A DNA stretch of 22,703 bases from Candidatus Heimdallarchaeota archaeon (GCA_016839945.1 JAEOTE010000129.1:1-22703), one strand, 5' to 3'. Counted from the stretch's first letter, positions 8,720-17,896 are shown. Notes: generated from the sequence alone by a model not told the origin. Translations and numbers: made by a program.

Positions 8720-8887
8720 ATGTTAACTATGAGTACGAAAACACAAAGATTGAAACAAAAATGGAAAGAATTAACTCGTAATCAAAAAATAATATCAATC
8801 GTTCTTTTTGTGATAGTTCTTTCTGGTTTGATCGTTGGTATTGTTTATCTAGCTATATTTCTTTCAATGATTGCTTCAGGTTTTTGA
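8720..8887 (+). CDS. Small single-pass membrane protein (55 aa; not in the ORF track)
   Basis: My translation: MLTMSTKTQRLKQKWKELTRNQKIISIVLFVIVLSGLIVGIVYLAIFLSMIASGF*. Basic N-terminus and a long hydrophobic helix; T-rich tract after the stop. Alternative ATG at 8729. Confidence 0.65.
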   Translation: MLTMSTKTQRLKQKWKELTRNQKIISIVLFVIVLSGLIVGIVYLAIFLSMIASGF

Positions 8888-8978
8888 TTTTTCAATTTCT
8901 TTTTCAGAATACTTTTAAGTGCTTATTATAGATGAGTATCAATTTCATTTGAAAAAATAAATTAAGAAGAGATATAAA

Positions 8979-10019
8979 ATGGAATATAGGATTATAGAAT
9001 TCAAACCTAAGGAAGTTTCAGATGAGTTCTGGGATAGGTACTTCGAATACATTGAAACAAATCATATGGAAATGCATCCAGATGATCCTCTACCTAATCG
9101 AGAGGGAGTAATCCAACGACAAAAAGCTGACATTCCTGATTTCTATGTTAAACGATTGTTAGCTATTACTCCAGACAACAAAATCATAGGATGGGCAGGT
9201 TTCGGATTTTCAGAAGAAACAGCTTCAGATTATGAAGAAAACAAACATATAGCAAGACTTCATATTGTTGTACTCAAAGATTATCGTCGCAAAGGAATTG
9301 GAACAGATTTTTTGAAATATGCTGTCAAAGAAATACAGTCTCTTAATAAAACTGTTATTGAATGTGGTTCAGATCATGAAGCAGGGAAAGCTTTTCTGAA
9401 ACACTATGGAGCAGAGATGACAATTGAAGGTGCTGAAAATAGATTAGAAATGGCAGATGTAGATTGGGATATGATGCAAGAATGGATAAATGAGGGACCA
9501 AAAAGAGCACCTGATGTTCGAATAGATTCTTTTCGTACTGAATGCCCTGAGGAGATCCTAGACGAGTTTTGTGAGATGTGTACTGAAGCATTAAATATGC
9601 AACCCCTAGGAGAAACAGAAAGTAGGGCAAATATCGATGGTGAAGCAAGACGTAAGTTTGAGAAGAGAATAAAGGAAATTGGTCAAACTAACTATACAAT
9701 GATTACTAGAGAGAAAGATGGAAAGATTTCAGGAATGACAGAAATTTATTATGATCCTAGAGAAGGACACAGATTGAACCAAGAATTGACAGGTGTAAGA
9801 CCTGAATATAGAGGAAGAGGACTCGGAAAATGGCTGAAAGCTTCAATGATTGTTCACATAAGAGATAATTATCCAGAAGTTGAAAGAATTATAACTGGGA
9901 ATGCAGAATCAAATGAAGCTATGCTTTCAATAAATAATAGAATGGGTTTCAAGAAATACAAAGGTGGAGAAGGTTACAAGTTTAAAGTAGAGGAACTTGC
10001 TGAGAAACTGAATCTATAA
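8979..10019 (+). CDS. Tandem-domain GNAT N-acetyltransferase
   Basis: Two acetyl-CoA binding motif A copies (VLKDYRRKGIG and TGVRPEYRGRGLGKWLK) plus TGNAESNEAMLSINNRMGF. Confidence 0.9.
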   Translation: MEYRIIEFKPKEVSDEFWDRYFEYIETNHMEMHPDDPLPNREGVIQRQKADIPDFYVKRLLAITPDNKIIGWAGFGFSEETASDYEENKHIARLHIVVLKDYRRKGIGTDFLKYAVKEIQSLNKTVIECGSDHEAGKAFLKHYGAEMTIEGAENRLEMADVDWDMMQEWINEGPKRAPDVRIDSFRTECPEEILDEFCEMCTEALNMQPLGETESRANIDGEARRKFEKRIKEIGQTNYTMITREKDGKISGMTEIYYDPREGHRLNQELTGVRPEYRGRGLGKWLKASMIVHIRDNYPEVERIITGNAESNEAMLSINNRMGFKKYKGGEGYKFKVEELAEKLNL

Positions 10020-10069
10020 TCAATCAAAAATTCAAGAAAATCATTTGTCTGAACATTATAATTTCTATT

Positions 10070-10636
10070 CTACAACCTTTTGTTGAATTCCAAAGTGAAT
10101 TTTTCGATTTGATTCCAATCTCTCAAATCATGATAACTGCTATCTTCTGCTTTTTCTCCTGTTGTCATTTGACTTACTGTTTTTAATAATCGTTTTTCTA
10201 ACCAACCCATCCTAGATGTCTCTGTGAAATCCATTAATCCTCCAAAAGCATCATACATATCCAGCTTCTTAACACCTAATTTTTCACATGCTGTTTGTGT
10301 ATAATCAACTTTCACTTTCTCATAGTTTTCAGGATCAGCAGCATATCCTGAACAAACATAAAAACCTAATTTTCCTTTGAATTTATTTAATTTTTCTGAA
10401 TGGTTCCCAACAAATTTCTTAACATCTCTCGTCCATTGACCAATCTTAATACTTGAACCAATAATGATTCCATCATAGTTGGAGAAATCTGGAATCTTAT
10501 CATCTGGTAAGTCTTTTAGATTAAACACATCTACTTGGTTTCCGTTTTCTCGGATTATTTCAGCCATTCTTCCTGCGACTCCCTCAGTAGCACCATATCT
10601 AGTGCCATAAAAAATGAGTATTTTTTTCTCTGACAT
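10070..10636 (-). CDS. Flavodoxin-domain protein (HemG-like)
   Basis: FMN loop IFYGTRYGATEGVA, YDGIIIGSSI, FGG and DLRDWNQI. Protoporphyrinogen oxidase activity cannot be shown from sequence. Confidence 0.85.
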   Translation of the reverse strand: MSEKKILIFYGTRYGATEGVAGRMAEIIRENGNQVDVFNLKDLPDDKIPDFSNYDGIIIGSSIKIGQWTRDVKKFVGNHSEKLNKFKGKLGFYVCSGYAADPENYEKVKVDYTQTACEKLGVKKLDMYDAFGGLMDFTETSRMGWLEKRLLKTVSQMTTGEKAEDSSYHDLRDWNQIEKFTLEFNKRL

Positions 10637-10743
10637 TTATTCACAAACCAGTTAATTTGTTTCTATGTAATCGTAGAACAACAATGCATTAAAATTTAAC
10701 TCTTTATCAATATTTATCATGTATCATTATCCATTTAACATAA

Positions 10744-10866
10744 TTAACAGTACTAGGCTTGGAACTCGTTCCAGCTGCTATCTGTATAGTTATTGTGAAA
10801 CTTGTAGATAAAAGATGGCCAGAAAAAGAAGTAAAAAAAGAAAGAGGAGCTGAATATACTCTTTGA
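10744..10866 (+). pseudogene. Possible 3' remnant of a membrane-protein gene
   Basis: Frame reads LTVLGLELVPAAICIVIVKLVDKRWPEKEVKKERGAEYTL* (TM helix, charged tail, then a T tract). It is preceded by an in-frame TAA and has no ATG. Confidence 0.3.
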
Positions 10867-10911
10867 TTTTTATTTTTTACATGTGTTTTAATACAAATTT
10901 CTTCTTTCTGC

Positions 10912-12186
10912 TTAATCTCCAGCTGGATGAGCTACAGCTATTGGTTGCTTTGAAAAACTAAATGATTTTGTTTTAATAACTAAAATAACCAATCCAATCA
11001 AGATGATTGCACTAGCCATTGACATAGTATTTGCAATACCAATCCATTCTGAAGTTATTCCAGATATTGATAGACAACTCACACTAAAAATCTGTATGTA
11101 GGCATTTGTCGCACTGTAAGCTCTTCCTCTTATTTCGTTGGGAACTTCTTCTGCAAAATAAGCATTAATACTTAAACCTGCCATTCCATTGAGAAGACCC
11201 ATTACTAGAGCAAAAGCACCAATAACATAAATGGGAGTTTTGAATTGAAAAATCAGAAAATAGACTGCAGCTGATCCAGTACCTAATATTATTGCTCGAG
11301 ATCTTCCAATCCTCTTTTCAAATTTACCAAACAATAGATTTCCCCCTACTGTCCCAAAAGCGGTTATTGCACCTATTATTCCAAATTCCAATTGTGCTGT
11401 TTGTTCTAGTAATGCATTTCCTGCATGCCTAATTTCATATATCCATGGATAAATTAGTGGTGATGCAAAACTGAAACCTATTACAGTGATTGCAAATAGT
11501 ACAAGTAGTGTTCTTATTATTGGATGTTTGATCAAGTAAACTAATCCTTCTTTTATATCTCCATAAACTGTTTTAACTGTGAGAGGAGCTTTTTCTCTTC
11601 CTGCTGAAGGTATTAGTGTTTTAAGCAAAATTATAGCTGAAAGTGTATAACATCCACTTGTTATCCAGAAAGTTGGAGCACCAAAAAATGCATAAATAGG
11701 TGCTGCGGCTAATGGTCCTACAACTGCTAAAATTTGAAAAATAAGTTGACTAATGCTTATTGCTTTGACATATAACTTCAATCCAACGATTTCTGGTATA
11801 GCAGCTGATCTTGGTGCTGCAAAAGATGCGGAACCAACACCATCTAGAAATGCTATTATTATTAGTGGGTAGAATGATTGCAAAAAAGGAATTGCTACTA
11901 TTGCAGCAGCTCTCAACATATCTGATGATACCATTATAGTTTTTCTACTAAATCTATCTGCAAAAACTCCAGAAATAGGACCAATTAGAATCCAAGGAAG
12001 AGTTTGTGCAGCTAATATCAAAGTCATCTGAGCTGCTGAGCCTGTAAGACTATAAACATAAAGTACAATTGCTATTCTAAAAACTGCATCACCAAAATTA
12101 CTAAAGAATTGTCCAGAAAGTAATTTAACAAAATTCTTGTTTTTGAAGACATCTTTGTAAGAAGATTCTGTTTCACTCTCAACCAT
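10912..12186 (-). CDS. MFS transporter (DHA3/MefA-like efflux family)
   Basis: About 12 TM helices; GQFFSNFGD; motif A GVFADRFSRK; EEVPNEIRGRA. RBS AAGGTGA before the ATG. Confidence 0.92.
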   Translation of the reverse strand: MVESETESSYKDVFKNKNFVKLLSGQFFSNFGDAVFRIAIVLYVYSLTGSAAQMTLILAAQTLPWILIGPISGVFADRFSRKTIMVSSDMLRAAAIVAIPFLQSFYPLIIIAFLDGVGSASFAAPRSAAIPEIVGLKLYVKAISISQLIFQILAVVGPLAAAPIYAFFGAPTFWITSGCYTLSAIILLKTLIPSAGREKAPLTVKTVYGDIKEGLVYLIKHPIIRTLLVLFAITVIGFSFASPLIYPWIYEIRHAGNALLEQTAQLEFGIIGAITAFGTVGGNLLFGKFEKRIGRSRAIILGTGSAAVYFLIFQFKTPIYVIGAFALVMGLLNGMAGLSINAYFAEEVPNEIRGRAYSATNAYIQIFSVSCLSISGITSEWIGIANTMSMASAIILIGLVILVIKTKSFSFSKQPIAVAHPAGD

Positions 12187-12208
12187 TTACTCACCTTAAA
12201 AAAAGAAA

Positions 12209-12316
12209 TTATTGAAGACTACCTTTGTAAAGGACCATCTTCTCTAATTCCATGAACATGCTATTCCTTCTTCTTCCTTTCAGAAGTGTTTTAGGTTTTT
12301 TATTTTTACTTGTCAA
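12209..12316 (-). CDS. Putative 35-aa basic peptide upstream of the MFS gene (not in the ORF track)
   Basis: AAGGTGA RBS, 5 nt, then TTG; translates MTSKNKKPKTLLKGRRRNSMFMELEKMVLYKGSLQ*. Same RBS heptamer as the MFS gene. Confidence 0.5.
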   Translation of the reverse strand: MTSKNKKPKTLLKGRRRNSMFMELEKMVLYKGSLQ

Positions 12317-12337
12317 TTTTTTCACCTTGTTTTTGGT

Positions 12338-12435
12338 TTCTCATTCACATGAGAATTGTTCTTACACATACTAAGAATAGCACACATATAAAGCTTTCTC
12401 ACATCGAGTGAGAATAAGTATCATATTGATGAGAA
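12338..12435. promoter_or_regulatory. Four operator-like inverted repeats TTCTYA-N6/7-TRAGAA flanking a minus-strand TATA box
   Basis: 12338-12355 TTCTCA-N6-TGAGAA; 12359-12377 TTCTTA-N7-TAAGAA; 12396-12414 TTCTCA-N7-TGAGAA; 12418-12435 GTATCA-N6-TGAGAA. Minus-strand TTTATATG at 12392-12385. Confidence 0.75.
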
Positions 12436-12481
12436 GATTTAAATATGCTTAATTATATCGTTTAAATGGAAGTTATATAGA

Positions 12482-13105
12482 ATGTCATATAGAGACATAA
12501 TTGATTTTAAACAGGAACCTGTAAAATTTATTAACGATGAAAAAGCCAGAAAATTACTAAAAAATGAGTTGTATAAACCAATTTTATTGATTTTAAGAGA
12601 AGGATTGAAAACTGTACAAGAGATTGAGGAAGAATACAAAAAACACTCTAAGAAGACACCAAACATCAAATCTTTATATAGACATATTAAAGCACTTACT
12701 GATGTTGGATTGGTTACTGAAGCTGGAGTGAGAAGTTATACAAAATCCACAGCAACTAAGAAGCTTTACGGAAGGACAGCTAAATTCTTTTACCTATCAC
12801 CCAAGCAAGAAGAGGTAGAATCTACTCTAGGTAGTGGAAATATTAAAGCAATAGCAAATATCCTTCAATTAGCTCATAATAAGAAACCTTCTGTTAGGAG
12901 TTTAACCAATTTAGTAAAGAAACTAAATTCATGTCAAATAACAGGAATAGATCATATATTCAGAAATTTTCCTGATGAGCTTGTTGAGTTTATGGGAGAT
13001 TTACCAATTGAAGATGTAGAGAGAATTCTTAAAGTATATTCAACATTAAACATATTATTAAGTAAAACTGAATATGAAAAGGAATTTGAAGAAAGCATGA
13101 AATAA
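12482..13105 (+). CDS. Winged helix-turn-helix transcriptional regulator (ArsR-like)
   Basis: ILLILREGLKTVQEI...SLYRHIKALTDVGLV...KLYGRTAKFF; divergent from the MFS gene. Confidence 0.85.
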   Translation: MSYRDIIDFKQEPVKFINDEKARKLLKNELYKPILLILREGLKTVQEIEEEYKKHSKKTPNIKSLYRHIKALTDVGLVTEAGVRSYTKSTATKKLYGRTAKFFYLSPKQEEVESTLGSGNIKAIANILQLAHNKKPSVRSLTNLVKKLNSCQITGIDHIFRNFPDELVEFMGDLPIEDVERILKVYSTLNILLSKTEYEKEFEESMK

Positions 13106-13139
13106 TATAACTTCTGGAAAAAACATAAATTTTAAACGC

Positions 13140-13171
13140 ATAAATTTTATCAATAATAAATTTTATCAATA
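13140..13171 (+). repeat. Perfect 16-bp tandem duplication ATAAATTTTATCAATA x2
   Basis: Copies at 13140-13155 and 13156-13171; a partial third copy ATAAATTTTA at 13125-13134. Confidence 0.8.
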
Positions 13172-13197
13172 ACTTCTATTTAGAAGATATCAGTCCA

Positions 13198-14016
13198 ATG
13201 TCATCAAAAACAGATTATCACGAAAGAGAATTTTCTTCAACTCGTAGAATCCTTTCAGACTATTATCATATTGCTGCTAAAATGCATAGAATACAAGGTT
13301 TACTAGAAATGGATGTTACAAAAGCTGAGGAAAGAATGGCAGAGATAAAAGAAAAAGAAAATTATCAAGTTTCTCATACTGGCTGGGTTGCTGCATGTAT
13401 TGCTAAAGCTGTTTCAGAAGATAAGAGGTTCAATTCATTTAGAAAAGGAAAACGGAAGATCATCGTTTTTGACAATGTAGATATAAGTATGATGATAGAA
13501 ATAAAAACTAAAGATGGAAAAAGAGTGCCTTTCAATTATGTTATTCGAAAAGCAGAGCTTAAAAGTGTTAAAGAGATAACAGATGGAATCAGAGCCATTC
13601 AAAAGAAGAAAATCGAGGAATCGGAACAGCTTACTAGAGAAAGCTCAAGTTTTACTAATCTGTATATGTTAGTCCCAAAGTTTATTAGAAGATTTGTTAT
13701 TAAGAGACTACTTTCTAACCCATTTTATATTCAGAAAACAATTGGTACAGTTGGAATGACTTCATTAGGAGAATATGTAAAAGAGCTGAGTGGTTATGCC
13801 ATTCCTTTTGGAGATAAAACATTAAATGTTGCTTTAGGTGGAATGAAAGAAGTAGTCCAAATTATAGATGGGAAAACTAAAAACACAAAGATCCTTTACG
13901 TAACATTCAAAGTTAATCACAATATTGTAGATGGAGCTCCTATGGCTAGATTCATTACTAGAGTTGGTGAATTATTGAAAAATGCTCATGGTTTAGATGA
14001 TATAACAAAAATCTAA
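13198..14016 (+). CDS. Stand-alone 2-oxoacid dehydrogenase E2 (CAT-fold) acyltransferase catalytic domain
   Basis: EMDVT, GTVGMTSLG and catalytic HNIVDGAPMARF (HxxxDG); no lipoyl or E3-binding domain. Confidence 0.85.
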   Translation: MSSKTDYHEREFSSTRRILSDYYHIAAKMHRIQGLLEMDVTKAEERMAEIKEKENYQVSHTGWVAACIAKAVSEDKRFNSFRKGKRKIIVFDNVDISMMIEIKTKDGKRVPFNYVIRKAELKSVKEITDGIRAIQKKKIEESEQLTRESSSFTNLYMLVPKFIRRFVIKRLLSNPFYIQKTIGTVGMTSLGEYVKELSGYAIPFGDKTLNVALGGMKEVVQIIDGKTKNTKILYVTFKVNHNIVDGAPMARFITRVGELLKNAHGLDDITKI

Positions 14017-14243
14017 TCTGGAATAATTTCCTTTTCTAATCTTCTACTACAATTAAAACAATAATCATCTTCTGGGAAATTCGTTGAGCTACAGTTTGTA
14101 CAGATGATAATGCCTTCTTGCGGGGTATCTGAAGGTTTGAAACCATTCTTCATTTCATCTTCAGTAATATAAGAATAGTCTGGTTTTTCTATTGCGTCTT
14201 TCTCCTTTTTCTTCTTCTTTTTTGGTTTAGTCTTTTTTGGCAT
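14013..14243 (-). CDS. Small zinc-ribbon protein with a Lys-rich N-terminus
   Basis: MPKKTKPKKKKKKEK followed by CTNC-x10-CFNC. Confidence 0.75.
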   Translation of the reverse strand: MPKKTKPKKKKKKEKDAIEKPDYSYITEDEMKNGFKPSDTPQEGIIICTNCSSTNFPEDDYCFNCSRRLEKEIIPD

Positions 14244-14306
14244 CTAGATAAAAAGAGATATTCAAAGTAATAAATATCTCTATTTAATTAGGGGAGATAC
14301 GGTTGT

Positions 14307-14996
14307 TCATGAAGTATGAGTGTTTTTTTCCAAAAAAGCTATTACATGAGGAATGACTTTATCTTTTTGTATTATTGCTTGAGGGTGGTCTAATCCTTCA
14401 AGAGTAAAACTTGTACAATCTGGTATAAGTTTAGAAAACTCTTCAACATGTGGGTAGCAACTATTATCTTTGTCACCAACAAAAGTTAAAACAGGGAATT
14501 CTAATTTAGGCAATATATCTTCAACATTAAGTTGTTCCAAGTCCAAATCTTTATTTTCTACTGGTCCTTCTTTTAAAAATTCTAACCTTAAGAAAGGATT
14601 AGATGTAAAATTGGTGATTACTCTACTTCCTCCAGCTATAAATGTTTTTATTCTCTCAGGATGGTATTTGGCTACTAACCAACCTACAAGTCCACCAAGA
14701 GAATAGCCAAAGAAATGAATTTTATCAATCTTTAAAGAATCTAGAAGTGCAATAACATCTTCTACCATTTTTTTAAAACTATATTTTCTCAAATCTCTGG
14801 GTTTATCACTCTGTCCATGCCCTCTTGGGTCTATAAGGACCAGTTTAAAATTCATTTTTAGTTCATCCGTGTAGCTTGATTCAATCCAGGCTTCCTTTGT
14901 TGAATTTAAACCAGTATGTAGTAACAGATATTCACCATCACATTCATCAATTATTTCGTAACAAATCTTAATACCATCATTAGTAATATAAGGCAT
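14307..14996 (-). CDS. Alpha/beta-fold hydrolase
   Basis: DPRGHGQSD, nucleophile elbow GYSLG, GDKD acid and GLDH histidine. Confidence 0.9.
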   Translation of the reverse strand: MPYITNDGIKICYEIIDECDGEYLLLHTGLNSTKEAWIESSYTDELKMNFKLVLIDPRGHGQSDKPRDLRKYSFKKMVEDVIALLDSLKIDKIHFFGYSLGGLVGWLVAKYHPERIKTFIAGGSRVITNFTSNPFLRLEFLKEGPVENKDLDLEQLNVEDILPKLEFPVLTFVGDKDNSCYPHVEEFSKLIPDCTSFTLEGLDHPQAIIQKDKVIPHVIAFLEKNTHTS

Positions 14997-15045
14997 ATTT
15001 CTTTCTAATTTAGAATCCTTAAAATTCTTTTGGAAAAAAAGTAGT

Positions 15046-16740
15046 CTACTTCTTTCTTTTTCTAAAGAAGTAGTGTAAGCAGCTAATTATTATTACTCCA
15101 ATAATTGATAAACTAATACCTATACTAACACCTTTTGTTTTTTCCTTAATCAAGAAGTGATAATATCCTATGTACTCATTTCCAATTTTAACCTCATAGC
15201 TGTTATTGATAAGATCATAAGGTAAATCGAATACTACATCTATTGTTTTAACTTCACCTGCCAATATTTGTTTACCAACTGAGAGAAAAGTTCCTTCTTT
15301 TGTAAAAACATTAACCGTATCTATCGTTCTAATTCTAGGACTAAGATTGGTGCATTTAAAAGAGAGAAATATTTCATCATCTTTCATTAATCCTGCAGAA
15401 ACCTCTTCTACGTATATATCAAGTCTAGGTGTATTGTCAAGTAGGTAATCAAATCCAGGTAAAATATCATACCATAGATTATTGATATATTCTTTATCTG
15501 GAGTAAAATAACCATAAATATCTTTGAACTCAATAATCAAGTGAGTTGCATTATTTTCTACAATTACATTTACATCAGGAGCATCTGAAGAAGCATTATG
15601 ATAAATTTCAAAAGTGATTGGAGCAAGACAATCTCTTTCAAAATACATCCACGTATCCCATGAACCCGCTAAAATTGCTGAGTCTTTTTGTATGTGAGAT
15701 TTTTCAGCACCATACCCAGAGTAGATTTGAGTAAATGATGGAGGTAAAATTTTTCTATAATCCAAGACCATATTCCAATATAATGTTGGTTCTGTCCATC
15801 CATCTTCTTTATCAGTAAAGAAAGTTGTATTTATGCCGCTATGTAAAGAATAGCTCATTGCAAAAGAATGGTTTAAAGTAAAATCACGAAAGGCACTTGT
15901 TTCAGGCTCTGAAAAAGGTGAATGACCAGGAAAAATATCACTTTGAGTATCTAAACTCCAACCACTTCCATCTCGCCAATATGAATCATAATTACGATTT
16001 AAATCAGTATAACCAATCATGTCCTCATTGATTAAACCATCACTATCATTATCAATTCCTTCGAAATATGTATAGAGATAGAGAGGTTCTCCTACCGTTT
16101 TAAGGTATACATCAAAACAAGAGACCACACCATCACCTGTTACATCTTCTCTAGGATCTTCATCTAAAAACAAATCCCCATCATCATCATGTGGTCTAAC
16201 ATTTTTACGTAACCAATAATTTTCACCATCTACAACAATATCTAAAGCATCCAGATTTAAGGAAGGTATCACATATATTTCTTGAGTATCAATAAATTCA
16301 GTGATGGTATCATTAACACCATAACTGTTTAAGAGATAAATGATAAAACGTAAAGCTGCTTCAACAGTAATCTGCTCTCTACCGTGATGGTGACTAACAA
16401 CTAATGTTTTTGCTTTTTGTTGAGTTCGTATTTCGTTTGTTATGCATAAAGAAGTTATATTCTTTCCCCAAAATGTTTGACCTATAACCTCCATTTCAAT
16501 TAGTTCTGGTACTAAATCATGAAATCTATCTATTTCTTCCTGAACTTGTGAGGAGTTATGGAAGTGATTATCATAAAGCAAGGAAATATCTTCCCATGTT
16601 CTATCTAAGGAGTCGGTATATAACCTTTCAATTTCTAGAACATTCCTTTTAGCACTTACATATGCTGGAGAGATAAGTATGAAAATTAAAAATAGAACAA
16701 AAAAAACAGATGTTTTCATTTTTTTTCTTAAAAGAGACAT
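15046..16740 (-). CDS. Secreted, membrane-anchored M14 zinc carboxypeptidase
   Basis: HGRE zinc motif, RKN, DLNRNY, PFSEPET, SLHSG and FEI. DxDxDG-type Ca-binding insert, signal peptide and C-terminal TM helix plus RKRKK. Confidence 0.9.
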   Translation of the reverse strand: MSLLRKKMKTSVFFVLFLIFILISPAYVSAKRNVLEIERLYTDSLDRTWEDISLLYDNHFHNSSQVQEEIDRFHDLVPELIEMEVIGQTFWGKNITSLCITNEIRTQQKAKTLVVSHHHGREQITVEAALRFIIYLLNSYGVNDTITEFIDTQEIYVIPSLNLDALDIVVDGENYWLRKNVRPHDDDGDLFLDEDPREDVTGDGVVSCFDVYLKTVGEPLYLYTYFEGIDNDSDGLINEDMIGYTDLNRNYDSYWRDGSGWSLDTQSDIFPGHSPFSEPETSAFRDFTLNHSFAMSYSLHSGINTTFFTDKEDGWTEPTLYWNMVLDYRKILPPSFTQIYSGYGAEKSHIQKDSAILAGSWDTWMYFERDCLAPITFEIYHNASSDAPDVNVIVENNATHLIIEFKDIYGYFTPDKEYINNLWYDILPGFDYLLDNTPRLDIYVEEVSAGLMKDDEIFLSFKCTNLSPRIRTIDTVNVFTKEGTFLSVGKQILAGEVKTIDVVFDLPYDLINNSYEVKIGNEYIGYYHFLIKEKTKGVSIGISLSIIGVIIISCLHYFFRKRKK

Positions 16741-16825
16741 AATTTAGGATAGACTTGGACACTTATATATCTTCTAAAAAACTGTTCTAGATAAATTTAT
16801 AGATGTTTTTGATTCATGCACCCCC

Positions 16826-17731
16826 ATGAGACAGAGAAAAAATGATATAATTCCAATAAAACCTGAAGAAGGTCTTCCCTTAGTAGATTGTCATGCACAT
16901 TTCCCAGACAGAAATCCCTATCGCAAACTCACTCATTCCTATAAAAGTCAGCATGAGTTTTTCTTTAAGAAACATGATGGAAAGTTCATAATAACTTCGA
17001 CTAGTGTTTATGAGAATGAATATCAATATCACATGGATTTTATAGAAGAACACCCTGGAATCTATCTTACAATGGGAATCTTGTCTCCTTCCGATAGATA
17101 TGGTATGGACGATGTAATAGCTGAACATCAAGATGTTATGGATTTCCTAGAGAACCGAAAAGATGACTACGTTGCGATTGGAGAATTTGGATTGGATTTT
17201 CATCGAGCTAAAACATTATCCCGAAGAAAACAACAAATAGAATATTTCCGTAAAGTTATTCAAGAGACTGAACATCTGAAAAAACCTTATGTTCTTCATG
17301 TAAGAAATGCTACACAAAGAGAGGTTGATCATAAAAATCCAAATCATGAATATAATCAAAGAGATTTTTGTAATAAAGCAGTTGTGAAGATACTAGAGGA
17401 GGAAGGAATTGGGGGGGAAAGAATTCAATGGCATTGTTTCAGTGGCCCACAGGAATGGGGTTCTAAACTCGCAATGAAAGGCCATTATATCTCAATACCT
17501 TCATCAGCTTATGGTTTTAGAAGATGGAGAAGAAATATTTCAGGAGTTCCATTGAACAAACTTCTCACAGAAACAGACGCATGTATGCAACATCCATTTA
17601 AAATGGGAGCTTATAATACACCAGCAAATGTGAAATATTCTATTGCTGCTATTGCTTATGTAAATGAAATGGAACAGCAAGAAATTGCAGAACAAGTACT
17701 TGATAACGCTAAAGAGTTTTTCAATTTATAA
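16826..17731 (+). CDS. tatD: TatD-family metal-dependent hydrolase/nuclease
   Basis: DCHAH, AIGEFGLDF, VLHVR, HCFSG and LLTETD are all intact. Confidence 0.9.
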   Translation: MRQRKNDIIPIKPEEGLPLVDCHAHFPDRNPYRKLTHSYKSQHEFFFKKHDGKFIITSTSVYENEYQYHMDFIEEHPGIYLTMGILSPSDRYGMDDVIAEHQDVMDFLENRKDDYVAIGEFGLDFHRAKTLSRRKQQIEYFRKVIQETEHLKKPYVLHVRNATQREVDHKNPNHEYNQRDFCNKAVVKILEEEGIGGERIQWHCFSGPQEWGSKLAMKGHYISIPSSAYGFRRWRRNISGVPLNKLLTETDACMQHPFKMGAYNTPANVKYSIAAIAYVNEMEQQEIAEQVLDNAKEFFNL

Positions 17732-17896
17732 GAATAACAATCACACTTTTTCATTTACTAATTTAAGAGCTCTATTGAAATATTCTTGATTCTAAAAATC
17801 AATTTTACAGAATTCTTTATGCGACTTATACTTTCTTTCACATTTCTTTTTGCTAAAACTTTATTAATGTATTCAAGTTTTTAATATGAGAAAAAA

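Noticed and set aside
10719-10811. 30-codon Cys/Tyr-rich ORF MYHYPFNIINSTRLGTRSSCYLYSYCETCR as a RiPP precursor
   Set aside because: No RBS, about 8 kb from the radical SAM gene, and it overlaps a more protein-like alternative frame.
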